Notes: generated by a model from the letters alone, not told the origin. DNA of 63,705 bases, filler included, from Platydemus manokwari (GCA_037951405.1; 6 parts of 6 records of this genome joined end to end with filler, not necessarily neighbours in it), one strand, 5' to 3'; shown: positions 14,601 to 28,500, counted from the whole stretch's first letter. A program made the numbers and translations.

Positions 14601-14890
14601 TTTTGAGTTATCGTTCAGAGAACAATTTAATCATCGAAAAATTTCTCTGCAATAATAAAAATGCAATCGCAGATAATTTCTCTCTACTGGAAAATGCATT
14701 GCCTGCGTTAGAAAATAATTTCTATGAGTGGCTCATCAGCAGTTATATAAGGCAGTGGCCGCAATAATTACTGGCACAATTAAGGTCAAAACTACTGTTG
14801 CTATGAGTGGTTGTTATATAAGGCAGTGGTCACAATAATTACTGGCACAATTAAGGTCAAAACTACTGTTGCTATGAGTGGTTGTTTTAA
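14600..14890 (+). repeat. Divergent copy of the palindromic LTR-like family, containing a 71-bp tandem duplication of the TATA segment (14742-14812, 14813-14883)
   Basis: Two near-identical units GTTATATAAGGCAGTGG..CAATAATTACTGGCACAATTAAGGTCAAAACTACTGTTGCTATGAGTGGTT; upstream sequence aligns by eye to the 15.7 kb and 18.2 kb copies. Confidence 0.75.
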
Positions 14891-15620
14891 CAATTCTAAG
14901 ACTCCGTAATTCTCCACAAGAGAAGATTATGCGTCCTAATTAATGAGAACATGTTTATGCCCAGTTTCCATATTTAGTCACACTCAAATTAAATTTCCAG
15001 ATTTTCAATATTTCTATTTATCGAACATTGTCTCATTCTTGCAACGGGTTTGCCCCAATGCGATGAAGGAGCTTATCAACAATAATCTTCTCTGAAATTG
15101 GTAAAAAGTGAAAAATCAATACAATAAATTAGATTGCAGCTGTGACCTTAATAAGACCTCTTTGAGATTGATTAAGACGTTAATATTAATCAGCAAACAG
15201 TATCAATATTGTTAAGGAATAAAATCGATATAAGTCCAAACGTGACAAATTAAAAGCCAACAATCGCCAGTATTCAATATCTTAACAATCTATATTTATA
15301 TATACAATCCATCTTGCATCTGATCGAATCTCAATGAAACGAAGAGACGTTCATATTTCATCTGTGCTTGTGAATTTGTACTCAAATCAGCGCGAAGAAA
15401 TCATTATAAAATCAATTGCACACCTTCATGTCATTGTACACACTTAATATATTTTTATATTCAATCCTGGCTTAATTCCTTTAAATTATTTTATTTTTTC
15501 AGTTATATTTTAATGTTGATAATCAAGAAAAAACGTTTGAAATATGCAGCATATATGAAATAATCGGCATGTATTTTTTATATTTTGACAACTCTCGGGA
15601 TATTTGAGCAAAAACTAATT

Positions 15621-16287
15621 TGAAATATTGATATTAATACACAATAAGATACCGCGCAATAACAGTGACAAATAAATCATCATCTATTATCGCTCAAGTA
15701 AATTCTACTACAAAATAAAAAAATCACTCTATTAAATTTAATTGAGAGATATTTTCTCTGTGAAATAAATATATTCACACAGAATTTCTCTCACCAGTGA
15801 ATAAATTATATCGATAAAATAATAAATATTCACTGGCATTAAATTTAATTGCAGAGAATATTTGCAAGTAATTCGCTGCCTATATAAGGCAGTGATTTCA
15901 ATCAACACTGTCATAATTTTCACTGACACAAACTCTCGACAAATTATTAGACGAGTGGATCCATCGACCAATTTTTCAGCGCACTTAAGAAGATCATCAG
16001 TTGCTGAAGATCAATTCCTTTGTATATGCCCGGCATTTGCTGGAAGACCCAAAGTAAGGTCGTTCCTATAAAATACCAATCTATATTATATATAGTATCT
16101 TGTATCGGTTATTATAGAGTTATCGGTTTTACGCCAAGAGCAGGCTGTATTAACCGCTATCATCTTGAAATTGTAGGACATCTTGAAAACGTATTGGTGT
16201 ATAGTGTAGTTTTAACATCAATTTTTAGTTTATTAATTTATGTTTGTTAATAAGTAATGGTGTCATATTTAATAAATATTTGTAACA
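15621..16287 (+). mobile_element. Solo-LTR-like repeat, copy 1 (palindrome-rich family)
   Basis: Homologous to the reverse complement of 17584-18311; has CTGCC-TATATAA-GGCAG and ends AATAAATATTTGTAACA. Confidence 0.7.
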
Positions 16288-17399
16288 TTAAAGCTTTAGT
16301 TTTCTTAATCATATAGGAATCATAAAATCATAGTTTGTAGTAAGGAAATATAGTTAATAGTTTTAAAAGGGGTTAAATATTTTAAGACTGATTGATAAAA
16401 TAGTAAAATATATCACTACTGCCACACCTATAATCATCATACAATAAGGCTGTGCGAGGTGAAAGAACAACAATATAAGGTAAATTACGCCTGTGGCGTT
16501 AATCAAGAACTCATAGAGACTGATTAAGCCAGTAGTGATATCAAGTAAAATTAAGCTTATTAAAACAAATAACTCAATAACGTAACATAACGAATACAAA
16601 TAAGTTTATTGAGAAGAATGAAATAAACAATATCCGAAGGTATTTTACTGGGAATTCTAAGCAGACGGGTAAGATGAAGTTAGTGTGATGGCAGTTTATA
16701 TCTAAATTATATTAGGAATTATATTTGAATTAACTGATGATCATATAAAAGTTAACTATCAGTTAAAATTATGACGATCTTAGTCAACGCAATAGATCAT
16801 GTTCATAATTTAAATTTCATCGGTTCTGTTGACGATTAATTCGTCTTTTACATGATTTCCATTTATCGATTTTTCTTTTCTAAGATTCACAGCAACGATC
16901 GTAGAAATTATAATTTGCGTTTCCACTTTGTGTATACGTTGTAGAGTTGATGGTTGTTTTGTTAGTAGTTTGACAATGGCGTGTTACTTGACTTCTAGAT
17001 CAGCTATTCATACTTGATCAACTACTTGGATGGCCGACTTATTAGATAAATTTTTAACATTCTTTATCTGCATTTGAAATTATGCTTTTTAATTATCTAT
17101 GTTAAATAATTATTTTCTTATTTTTATTTTATCTGTTACCACACTAATTCCTGCTTCTATTTTCCATAGAAATAATAAAAAACAATTAAATTATTAATCA
17201 ATATCAAATAAAATAATTCATACAAAAATAACCCATCAATAATCAATTGAATTGTTAATCAATAAAAATACCCAATAAAACAATAATTAAACTTTTTTTT
17301 CTTGAAATATAAATATTATATTTGGAGCTTGTAGTTTAATTTCTTTTTATTCATTCTTTGTTATTATTTTCTGGAATATCACTATTGTCTTGATCAGTC

Positions 17400-18800
17400 T
17401 CTATGAGTTCTAATGAAGCACAGGGTTCAAACTATAAAAAATCTTTTATGATTTATTTTTTCACATCACGCAATAATATTACACGAGGATAATATATGCG
17501 GTAATAATGATCTTCCTATCAGTCTCAATTAATGCTGTTCCTATTTATTAACATTTTTACTTCGATCGATGAACAGTCAAATTTGATATACAAATATTTA
17601 TTAATACAACAACTATAATAATAACAACTAAAGTATAAAAATGACAAATTGATTTTATTTATACAATATACACTTAACATTTAAACGAAATGATCCTATC
17701 AATTTTCTGGACAAAGAATACAGTTCATAAACTCATTCTCTTGGATAAAAACAAATTACCTTTCAAGGTGGTTGAGTGAAAACTTGATAGTAAGAGATAA
17801 ACGATACAATATATAATATTGATAGTATTTATAATATATATAGTATTTTACACGAATGGATCTTACTGAGGGGTCATCAAGTAAAATACAGGACATATAA
17901 GGAATCTTCTTTTTCTGCACTGCCTGGTCTTTCATTGTGCTTTGATTGCATGTAAAATAATGCCTCTTCCCGTATGTGACAATTGTGGCGAGTGAAACTG
18001 TGTCTTAAGTAATGTGAAAGTAATGGAAATGTGGCAGTGTAAATTGTGACTCCTGCCTTATATGGGCAGTGATGAATCACTCGCAGATATTCTCTGCGAC
18101 TATGTCTAATGCCAGCGAATTTTATCGATAGAATTTATTCGCTGGTGAGAGAAATTCTCTCTGAATAAATTTTTTCACAGAGAAAATATCTCTCGATTAA
18201 ATTTAATCGAGTGATTATTTTATTCCGTAATAGAATTTACATGCGCGAAAATAGATGACAATTTATTTATATCTTATTGCATCGATTAGAATTTTTATTC
18301 AAACTATTACATAAACCTATTTGTAAAACCGGAGAAAATGTAACAACAGAAAATGTCTTGCTACCTTTTCTTTAATTCATTTATATCGAAAAATGACAAT
18401 GTCAGGGACTGAACTCACAAAATAAATTATTTTCCATACCCAAATTTCACAAAAATAAAGAAGATATTCCAAAGAAAGATATATTTGTCAGCTATAACTA
18501 TAAAAAGGACAAATCGGTGATCATCCTAGCGAAATATTCATAGAAACTAATCAATTGATGTTCATAATGGAAGGCCGTAAATTATTAAAGTTATACAAAT
18601 CGATGAATACATGTGCTATGTTTATTTCTTTCGATTGATAAAAACAAAGGCGATAGCTAATACAACTGTTCCGTAACATTCTTAAATATAGATGCTTATA
18701 ATCTCAATTTGTTATATTGCTAAAAGCATCCAGCATTTGTGAATTAGTACAAAAAGCTATGAAGACGTGAATTCCAAAAATTACCAACTGACGATTGCTT
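17400..18800 (+). mobile_element. piggyBac transposase relic split by the LTR-like insertion
   Basis: SIDEQ (~17562-17576) lies left of the insertion. KPICKTGENVTTEN (cf. PIxxxGRNVTxDN), VSYxYKKDKSVIIL and GRP*IIK (cf. KPxxIxxYN) lie to the right. Stops and frameshifts throughout. Confidence 0.6.
17584..18311 (-). mobile_element. Solo-LTR-like repeat, copy 2 (inverted relative to copy 1), inserted into a piggyBac relic
   Basis: Minus strand begins TGTAATAG and ends AATAAATATTTGTATATCA (TG...CA), with a TATA-like box and a polyA signal. Confidence 0.75.
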
Positions 18801-19440
18801 GCCAAGGAAAGATGAAATTAAAATAATTCTAAATTGTAAAGTCCTAAAGAAAAGGAAAACGTTAGATAATATCTCAAATTTAATCCAGCTCTGTAACATA
18901 AATGGGAGCAGTATTGAAAGATGGTGTGTAACAACGCAAAGTAGATAACACAGCTTCTTTTAATTGTTAGCACATATTTCGTTACCAATAAATTATTGTA
19001 AAACACGATCCGAAGTGGTCAATCATGTTAGTTTAAGTGTTTAGGGAGGGATAAAAAAGAGAATAGTGTGATTTCAACCATAATATTCTTAAAATGAAAT
19101 ATTGCTTATATTGAAAAAAAATTATTTTCAAAAGGCACTTCCAACTAATAATTATGACTTCACATCCTTATCCATAACAATAATCGAATCTCAATGATCC
19201 ACAGATTTGATAAGATATAGGTTTTTCAAAGCACTTTTAATTCATTCCCAACCATAAACGTAGTGATGATTTAAAAATTATTATAAAATCCACAAAATTT
19301 TATTAATAATAAAAAATCGTATTTATTGGCCCATACGTATCATCTTAATTCAATTTACAAAAATAATACAAACAATTTTTTTCAGTGTAAAGTGGATTAT
19401 AAATATAAATTATTTAAGTGCTATTATTATATATTTTATT

Positions 19441-19540
19441 NNNNNNNNNNNNNNNNNNNNNNNNNNNNNNNNNNNNNNNNNNNNTTAATTAATTAANNNN
19501 NNNNNNNNNNNNNNNNNNNNNNNNNNNNNNNNNNNNNNNN
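19441..19540. other. Artificial contig linker
   Basis: N44-TTAATTAATTAA-N44. Confidence 0.97.
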
Positions 19541-22500
19541 TATGTATATCGAATGTTTCAGGATTTGACCAAATTTTTTCATCATGATGTATAGCATATA
19601 TTGGTATAATAAATTCCATTCCCTTCTTTACATTAATCACTTGACCAGTAGATGTGGTCAAAGTTGTATCTTTGGTAGACATTCTCTGAATCCTAGTACC
19701 TGATGGAGAATATCGTAATGTTTCATTTATACATTGATCTACCAAATGAATATCTTCCAACATATCATACGTGATTTCTTTCTGAATTAATTTAAATATA
19801 TTTTATCAATTATCTTATAATATCTAATATTCGGAACTAAAAGTTTAAATGCAGCTATTAACACATTTATACATCAGTCAAAATCTGTACTTGTTGTATC
19901 ATTTGATAACAGTAATGTGGTTAAATAAACAAACACGATATATTTAAAAAATTGTATCGCTGATTAGTTCAGACTTTTAATAAATAATATGTTTGCCAAT
20001 TACAATGCATTAACTAAAACAAAAGACTCCAGCTACAAATGTAGATCACAATTCTGACCTACATTCATCTAAGACTCTTTGCTTTCCTCGATAAATATTT
20101 ATTGTTATTTTCAGACATTCTTATCATCAATTTTGACACTTCATATAAAAAATCAGATAATTATAATGACTAAAAAACAACCTTACATGCATATTTTTAT
20201 AAAATAAAATAATTACATCACGTTTTCAAATTAATAAAAATATATTGCCATCAATCAATATTAAATTCACAAATTTACTTCAAAAGGAAAATTGTTTTTG
20301 ATTTCATTATAAACTTCATCTTGAGCAGAAGGGTTCAATGATAAATGAAACATACTGTATGTCAATAAGGTAGCAGTCGATTCATGACCGGCGAATAAAA
20401 ATCCTATAGCTTGAGCTAAAATCTCATCATCAGATAGACCTTTATATTTAACTGGATCAGATTTCTTTATGCTGTCAGGGTTGTTTTCACATATTTCTTC
20501 ATTTGCTTTCAACATGATTGCCAAAAAATCGTTGTATTCCTAAAATTAAAAAAAATTCCATAAATTGTCGAAATAAATAATCAATATTTGAGCTATTTTT
20601 TATTTAATAAGTATCGATCATTATTGATTGTATCGTATCCTACGAATTGTTGCATTTCTAACATAATCCTTATTTCATGAGCTTCTTTTTGATTTGTTAA
20701 TTATAATAAAATCATTTGATGTACATTCCACAGGCAATCGAAATGTTAATTATTTCTAATAATTATATTGACGATTATCCCAATAGCGTTACAATTTTAT
20801 TAATAGTAAGCGGTTGAGTAGAATATTTATGAATACAACTGACGAATTTAAGAGCAAAATACATTAATTAAGTTCGAACTAATAAACCTAGTAATCATAT
20901 ATAATATATAACCTCTTTTGATTCTCTTCGACATTGAATAGCCTTAGAAACAGAATTTTTCATATATGTTTCAGAATCTTGAGAAAGAATATTATTCGAA
21001 AACAAGCTAGCAATTGTGGGGAAAATACCTTAATAAAATTATAGAATAAATTATCATTTAAATTATTTAATCCCACGAAATTTTTATTATTAATATTAAG
21101 CCACCTAAGTACTTAAATTTCAATGGAAATACATCATTTAAATTAATCGAGTTGTTTTAAAATTGAATAATTTAAGAACTTATAACTGAAATATAGAAGT
21201 ACATAGTATTTTCAGAAAATTTACCGTAAATTAAGAAACGGGGTCCTTTGACCCAATTTTAATGTAATGAATTTTCGTGCATATTTATATTAAAATTAAT
21301 TTGTAATCATATTTGAATGAAATTTTTACACCCACCTGAAACTTTGAAGTATTTCAAGCCATTATAATTACGTCATTTTACTACATTAAAATTAAAAGCT
21401 ATAATGCTTTTGCACTGAAAAACGAGGTCTGAGAAGCTAAAAAGTTAAAAAATTTTAAAATCTCAGAAATTCCCAAAAAATGGAAAATCATCTATTAGCA
21501 GACCTACAAAAGATCGTAAATGAGTACGCACAGAAGCAGAGAAGGTCAAAATCAAGGACCAGGTATGACAAATCTAGATCATGGTCCAGGAAAAACGCCA
21601 AACCTAGATATCGAATTACTATGATTAAAGAAATGATAAACAGAGCATTAAACTCATTTTTATTGATGATGATGGCTTTCAATAAGTCAGATACAAGAAA
21701 GGCTAACACCGAAAGAAAGATAGAAAAGTGAAAAAAATGGAAGAAATAAAGATAATCATCAATAAAGAAAAAAGACAGATTAAGCCCAAAGAAAAGTAGA
21801 TCCTAAATGAATCTCAATCAATGAATTCTGACAAAAAACACCAATACAATTAATATCCAAATCAAATGTGTTAATTGTGAATGTCCGAGGCCAAACTTGT
21901 GATAATTACGCAAGTCAAAAGGAACGATGGTGAAAAGCAACGAAAAATGAAGAACATTGTACCTACTAAAGAATCTGAAGAAAAGGAAGACAAAACGAAC
22001 AAACTCGACAACACAATAAATCGAGGTAATGATGATGATAATATTGACAAATTGGACAAGTCAATCTCCATTAATGTAACTTCAAAAATATCGAATACCT
22101 CCTATATTCCAACTAATGATGGAGAGAAACAACCAAACCAAAGCATTGAACGTATTGATTTCTCAACACAGACAAAGAGAAGCAGAAAATCTAGCGAACT
22201 ATTAGCCAGTCCAAGTCAAAGAATAATAACGTGAACTCCAATAATGATTCATCTGAGTCCAATCAAAGGATGAAAAACCTATTTGTTGCCGGATAAAAGC
22301 CAACTGCTAATTGACCTCAAAAGTAATTGATGAGGGTGAAACAGGTACTTCAGATATGAACCCTCAGTTCCAGACAATACGCATTGTTTTTGGTTTTCCG
22401 GTGACCGAATGAACAATTACATCAAAAACCGAATACCAGATGAAATATTCTATCTCCAATCATATACTACTAAAAGTATTGTTGTCCATCATCTTGATAT

Positions 22501-25500
22501 CTCAGACTCGATGATATGCCAATAACACTGAGCAGAAGCAAAATCTTTCTGACTCCTGTTAATGTGAATAATACTCACTAGACACTGCTGATTGGAAACA
22601 AAGATAATGGGATGGAAATTATTGATTCGATGGAAGACAACAGTGCTTTTATACTCAGTGCATCTTTCAAAGTGAAAAAACTAATAGACGTTATCAAACA
22701 GTACGAAGGATCCACTCATTCAGTACTAAGCTCTCCTCGTAGTTACCAGTCAAGATAATGTCAGAACAACAATGTTGACTGTGGACCCTTCGTATGTGGT
22801 TATGTAGTAAATCTTGCCAATAATCGCAAAATTAATGAAATCAATGCCACAGACATTCGAATCGAGGTTATATCAGAAACTGAGAGAGACTGGAGTAAAC
22901 CAAGAAATATTGGAGGAGGTCAATCAGAACAGATGCAAATCACAAAATAACAAGATGACCACCTACTATTCACAGATAAGTATATGATAGTACTGGCCAG
23001 GAGAGATTATAAGCCTAAGGTTTCTGGTTCTAAATCAGTTTCTGAGTAAAGCACTTGCCAACAAAAACGCAAAAGTGTAAGAAATGGATATTGGTGATAG
23101 CAAACACTACAAAGTACGAAATAATAATGCTTAATCCAGAAGGCAACTCGTAGAACGATGAGAATACAAGTATACTAAATAAAGTAAATGAAAATATCTC
23201 AATTCTAGTATGGAACAAAAAAGGATTTGATATCGTCGAGGCTAACACCAACAGAGTGTTGCAAATAACCTTTGGAGAAAGCGGACCACTGGTCTTCTGG
23301 CATATATGCAATACTTGCAAAAATAGTAACCTATTTCGAATTAATACAACGACAATTATGGTGAAAGCCAATCAAGCGATTATCGATCATCAAAAACAAT
23401 CATCAACGATTCCTAAAGATGCTCCAAAAGATACAATTAAGAACAGGCTAAGTCTGACAAATAACTCGGGAAAAGATTCATTAAATGAGACATAAAAATC
23501 GTCTGTGAATTTATCAGAACTATGACAGTGATTTGACTACCAGGGCATCCATTCCTATGTAAAGTAACAAATCCTAAAAACAATCCTATGGTAACAACTT
23601 TGGAGTTGGATCGATGAGAACAACCTGATTCATCGATTGCAAAAAAGTCTGAGGCCAGCTGATGGGTGTGTGGAGCACAAATCTATTCTTCGACCTCTAT
23701 TAGAAAACTACTACAGGAAAGGAAGAGATGATATTCAAATCTCATTCATGGAAATAGAGGAGGCCTTTTCTTCGATAAACATCACAGCCACGAGCGAAAT
23801 ATTGGAATATATGGGCCTGGATGAAAATGCTATAAAACTGATCAAGTGCCTGTACAACAACTCCTGGATTACGTTCAAGTGTGGAGATCCTGAGACGTGT
23901 TCGATCGAAGTGATACGTGGGGTTCGTCAAGGTTGCCCAATATCAATGTTGTTATTCAATATTTCAATTGGTGGATTATTATTGGCTAATAATAAAATCT
24001 CTTCCCTCGCATATACTGATGACCTTGCGCTGAACGGTAGGGACACCAACAGTGTACAACCCATGATCAATGAGGCTTCCGAACTGTCAACCTCACTTGG
24101 ATTCAAGTCCAAACCATCAAAATGCTAGATAACTTAGAAGTGAACAATGAACCCATTCTAATAATCACTATTTACAACCATTATCGGTATTTGGCTGTAA
24201 ACTTCTATCTGAAGTTACACAATTTTACAGAAAATTTATTCAGTGATCTGAAAAATGCAATAGAAATGCTCACAAATTCAATTCTGCTTCCATAGCATAA
24301 ACTCAGAGCATTTGAAATGTTCAACCATACAAAATGCACTTTCTTCCTGAGAAATTATTATATCACCTATACAAACTCAACGAATTCGATATATGATGAG
24401 AAAATACTTAGAGACAATACTGGTTTTACCAAAAAATTGCAGTAAAAATTACCTATATGCTTCCAAAGATAATGGGGGATGCTGTGTAAGCAATATGACT
24501 GAAGGTTATACAATTCAATCAATCACCTATTCCTACTATCTCCTCACGAGCAAGCATGATGTAATCAGACTGACAGTGGTGCACTCTCAATGTCAATTAG
24601 AAAAATCGAAATAGATACCTTACCGTCTTTGAATAAAAAATACATGGACGGAATGGCGTGCGGTCAATGTCTGTACCCAACGGAATCACAGACACACATT
24701 TTCACAATGTTTAAACCATCTAACTCGCTTGTAACTTTTAGGCCCAATGAAATTATGGAGATTATATCAAAGCGGGTGGACTATCTTTATATATTAGAAA
24801 TGTCAATTTGCAAACTCCAACCTTCAAATCGACTTACAAATGGTGAATGACAGAAAATCTACAATCAAATTGACATCAAATGCACCATGGTCGACTGATG
24901 AGATAAATCAAAAAACCTTCGCCGAGTAAGACAGTCTTAAAAAGAAGGTCAAAAAGAACAAGCAAAAATTCAGATATAATTTCACAATTTGATCGTGGGT
25001 GTGCTCGGAACATGGGTGAAGTCAAATGATGGAATTCTACAAAAATTGGGACTTTGCCAGCTAATCATCCACAAACTAGTGATGAAATGCAAAAAGTCAA
25101 ATATACGTGCGTCGTACCTACAATGGTAGTTTCATGCTGACAAAATAAACTCATACTGCCCCAAAAACAACTAAAACAAGGGATGAAGACTATTCAATGT
25201 AATCATCAACTCATTATAAAAGAATAAATTCAAATAAAATTAGTTGAAAAAACATTGTTACTTATTAGTATAAATGAAGTATTTGAAATTGGTTTGGAGA
25301 ATAATTTTTCTAACTGTTTAATAAATGGATGAGTGGTATTATTGGATACATTGATATCGATACCGAACATTGTTTTCGCAATGACATCCATTGTATATGA
25401 ACTGAATAATCTGAAAAATAAGATCATAAAATTGAAATTATAAATATCTTTAATACAAACATGTTTTGTCGGATTTTATGTTCAAATCATTTGATAATGC

Positions 25501-28500
25501 TTTATATTTAACTATTATCTATAGATTATTTTAATGTGTTTTCTTTGCAAATTGAACAAAATCATTAACCTAACCATTTCGAATCAAACTACTTTCTTTA
25601 TTAACAAAACTTAAGGATGCATGTCTTTGTAAATTTAGGCGTTAGGGTAAAATAGTTCATATAGTCATGCAACTTCTTCATATGTTTTAGAACAGGTACA
25701 TCATTGAGATTTGCAGACATAATATTTATTTAAAAAAACTAAACTAATTCACCAATCAATAATTTAAACAAATTTAACGTGTTTGTTTATTCCACTACGT
25801 TATTCGCCTCTTGTTGAGGCCCATTGCATTGTTTCATTGACTCCAATCGTCTGGATTTTATCGCATAATGGAGTTGAATCCGCACTGGTTTGTCTGACTT
25901 GAATTCGGCAATTTGGCGGAGGCATTTGTTCTGGTATCCATTCTTTTTCCTTTTATGGAGATCTACTTGAACTAGCACCTTTTCTTAAACCAGTAAAATT
26001 TTATGTTTTTCTTCTCCTGTCTCTTTAAAATTTTCTCTAGCTGATGCTGCAATATCATCTCGAATCTGGTTCTAGTGACTTACATTCGTATGGATTATGA
26101 TTTTTCGCCCTTAGATTATCTCGAAAGATGAGAATTTTGTTGTTGATTGATGTGTTTATAACAATTCAGCCCGACTTTTCTCGGGCTCGTACCGTCCTGA
26201 TGACTCTTTCCGCTAGACCATTCGATTGATGCTGGAATGCTGAGCTGAATCTTTGTTTCATTTCAAATTTTGAACATGTCTCTGTCATAAATTTGACTCC
26301 AAATTCTTTCCCATTATTAAATAGAATGCACTTTGGCTTTCAAAAAAGATAAAACTACGATTTTAGGATGATCTGGAAGATTGTCTTTTCGTCTTTCTTT
26401 ACTTTAGCGCATTGTCTATCAACTTCAGCTTATCTTTAATTCTCAAAAGTGAGTGTTTATTCCGGAGTTCTGCGATAGTTAGAGTTGTTTCATTATTTAG
26501 AAATATTACCGTCTCCACTATTTCTGCATCTTTATGCTGTGCTTCCTGGATTTTCTTCATTATCTCAAAATGTTTGTATTTGGACTTTCCGTTTATACTC
26601 CATTGTGTTTAGTCTTGCACTGGGAATTTATTATCGCATTGATCATAGGTAATCCATCTGCTTTGCTATGATTCTGTTCTTTTCTGTAATTAAATCGAAA
26701 TCGTATTCTGACAGAGCCGTTATCCATGTTTAACCAGAGGTTACAGCGAATCGTGAAGCGCTATTGCAGCATAATCTATGATGAATCGCCTATAATATTT
26801 TGTCAGACCTAAAGATGATTGCAGTTTGGTCGTACACTGTGGTACAGTGAAATTTTGTATCTGTTCGATTTTGTCACAATTAGTCTGTATACCCTTGGCA
26901 CTGACCATGTTGTCTAAAAACCACACTTCATCTTTGATTGGTGTGCATTTCTAGGGATTCACTTTCACACGCAATTCATGAATTCGTCGAAAAAGGCTTT
27001 CAGGAAATCGTCGTGATCTTGCCAAGTTTTTCCGTATATCACCACATTGTCCAAATAATTAACAACATCATTAAATATCAATTCATCTAATAGCTTATGC
27101 ATTAACTTTTGAAAAGTTGCTGGAGTTCTAAATAGTACTAACGTGAGTCTGTTGAAATAGTATTGGCAGGTTCTTGTGATAAAAGCTGTGCAATCTTGGG
27201 ATCTCGAAATTAGTTCAATTTGTTAATAAGCTTCCCACAAATTTATTGAGGAGAAATATTTGCTCTTCTTGCTCGTGTCTTACTGAGTCTTCGATTAGAT
27301 CAAATAATCCTGAACATATAAAATTCTATTTTCTACTTTGTGCTTCGTACCTTATATTAAATGTCACCATCTAAAATTATGGCCTTCTTGTCTGCATATT
27401 AAATTTTCGTGCCTTAGGGGACACTGGCTTCTGTAGGGTCTAGTTTCTCCACATCAGAACCAATTGCCTCCGTGGAAGCGTTCTTCTTTTTGGTCTGGCA
27501 TGCTTGGACACTTTTTGTACAGTTTTTGGCCATGTAATTCATAGAATAAATTTGTCTCTCTCAACCTGAAGCGAACTTCTGTACTGAAGCTATTGGATGA
27601 TAGTATGTGGTGGTTTGTAATTTCTTGACTCACTACTTTCTTTTTTGAACTGGTTATTGCACCGGTTGCTTCTTCCAGTTTTAGCTATAGAGCATAGCTG
27701 TGTCTACAGTTTGTATTGACTACCTAGAAATTTCGTTTCGAACTTTGCTCTATATTTGCAGCACTCCTAACGTCTATTATATCCATGCCTGGCTTTAAGG
27801 CAAAAACGTCTATTAACCATTCGATCGTGTTCTCTTACTGATGATATATTTTAATATGGAGTTTTGCTTCAATCCGGAATTCATCACCACTCAATTAATC
27901 TCTGAATCATTATCTCAAAGATGGCAATGATTCGGTCTCCATTTGTTGAACATATGCAAGTTCAACATTCATATTCATTATAGATTTTTTTTTATTGTGA
28001 ACGTATCTAATAAGGCTCTAATTAAGCCGAGACTATAAATTATTGGTCACTCCTAGTATCTCGTATGCACTTTGTGGCCTCATTTGAATTTCTTTCATCG
28101 AACTTTCGAATATCGAAATTAAGGGCTTCATTTGCCAGTTACATCATTGACATTCACAGACATAATATTTATTTAGAAAATTAAAATAATCTTCCAATTA
28201 ATTATTTAAACAAATATAATGTGTTTTAGAGATCGATTTTGTAGTTTGTATTTTGACCTTGCTACTAAATGGTTAAAATTGATATATTTAAACAAATAGA
28301 GAATTAATGCTATAAAATAAAAGTTTAGTGTTAATATTTATTTATTATTTAAAAAATGAAAACTTTGAGTGGTTCCTAAAAATCAAAATTTTTAATTTGT
28401 ATTTTCAAATATATTTTGTTTCTATTAACATTTGACTAATTTCAAATGTTATTCCATTTTAGCTTATTATTTTAGCAATTATTCTCGATTTCTAACAAGT

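Noticed and set aside
14580-14690. RNase H-like reading IIEKFLCNNKNAIADNFSL
   Set aside because: The same DNA aligns to the non-coding palindromic LTR-family segment, so the protein resemblance is probably coincidental.
14742-14883. CRISPR-like array
   Set aside because: Two contiguous units with no spacers, in a eukaryotic context.
1583-22830. Functional link between SoxD SUMO sites and the transposon Ulp1 protease
   Set aside because: They lie on different contigs separated by artificial linkers, and the protease is disrupted.
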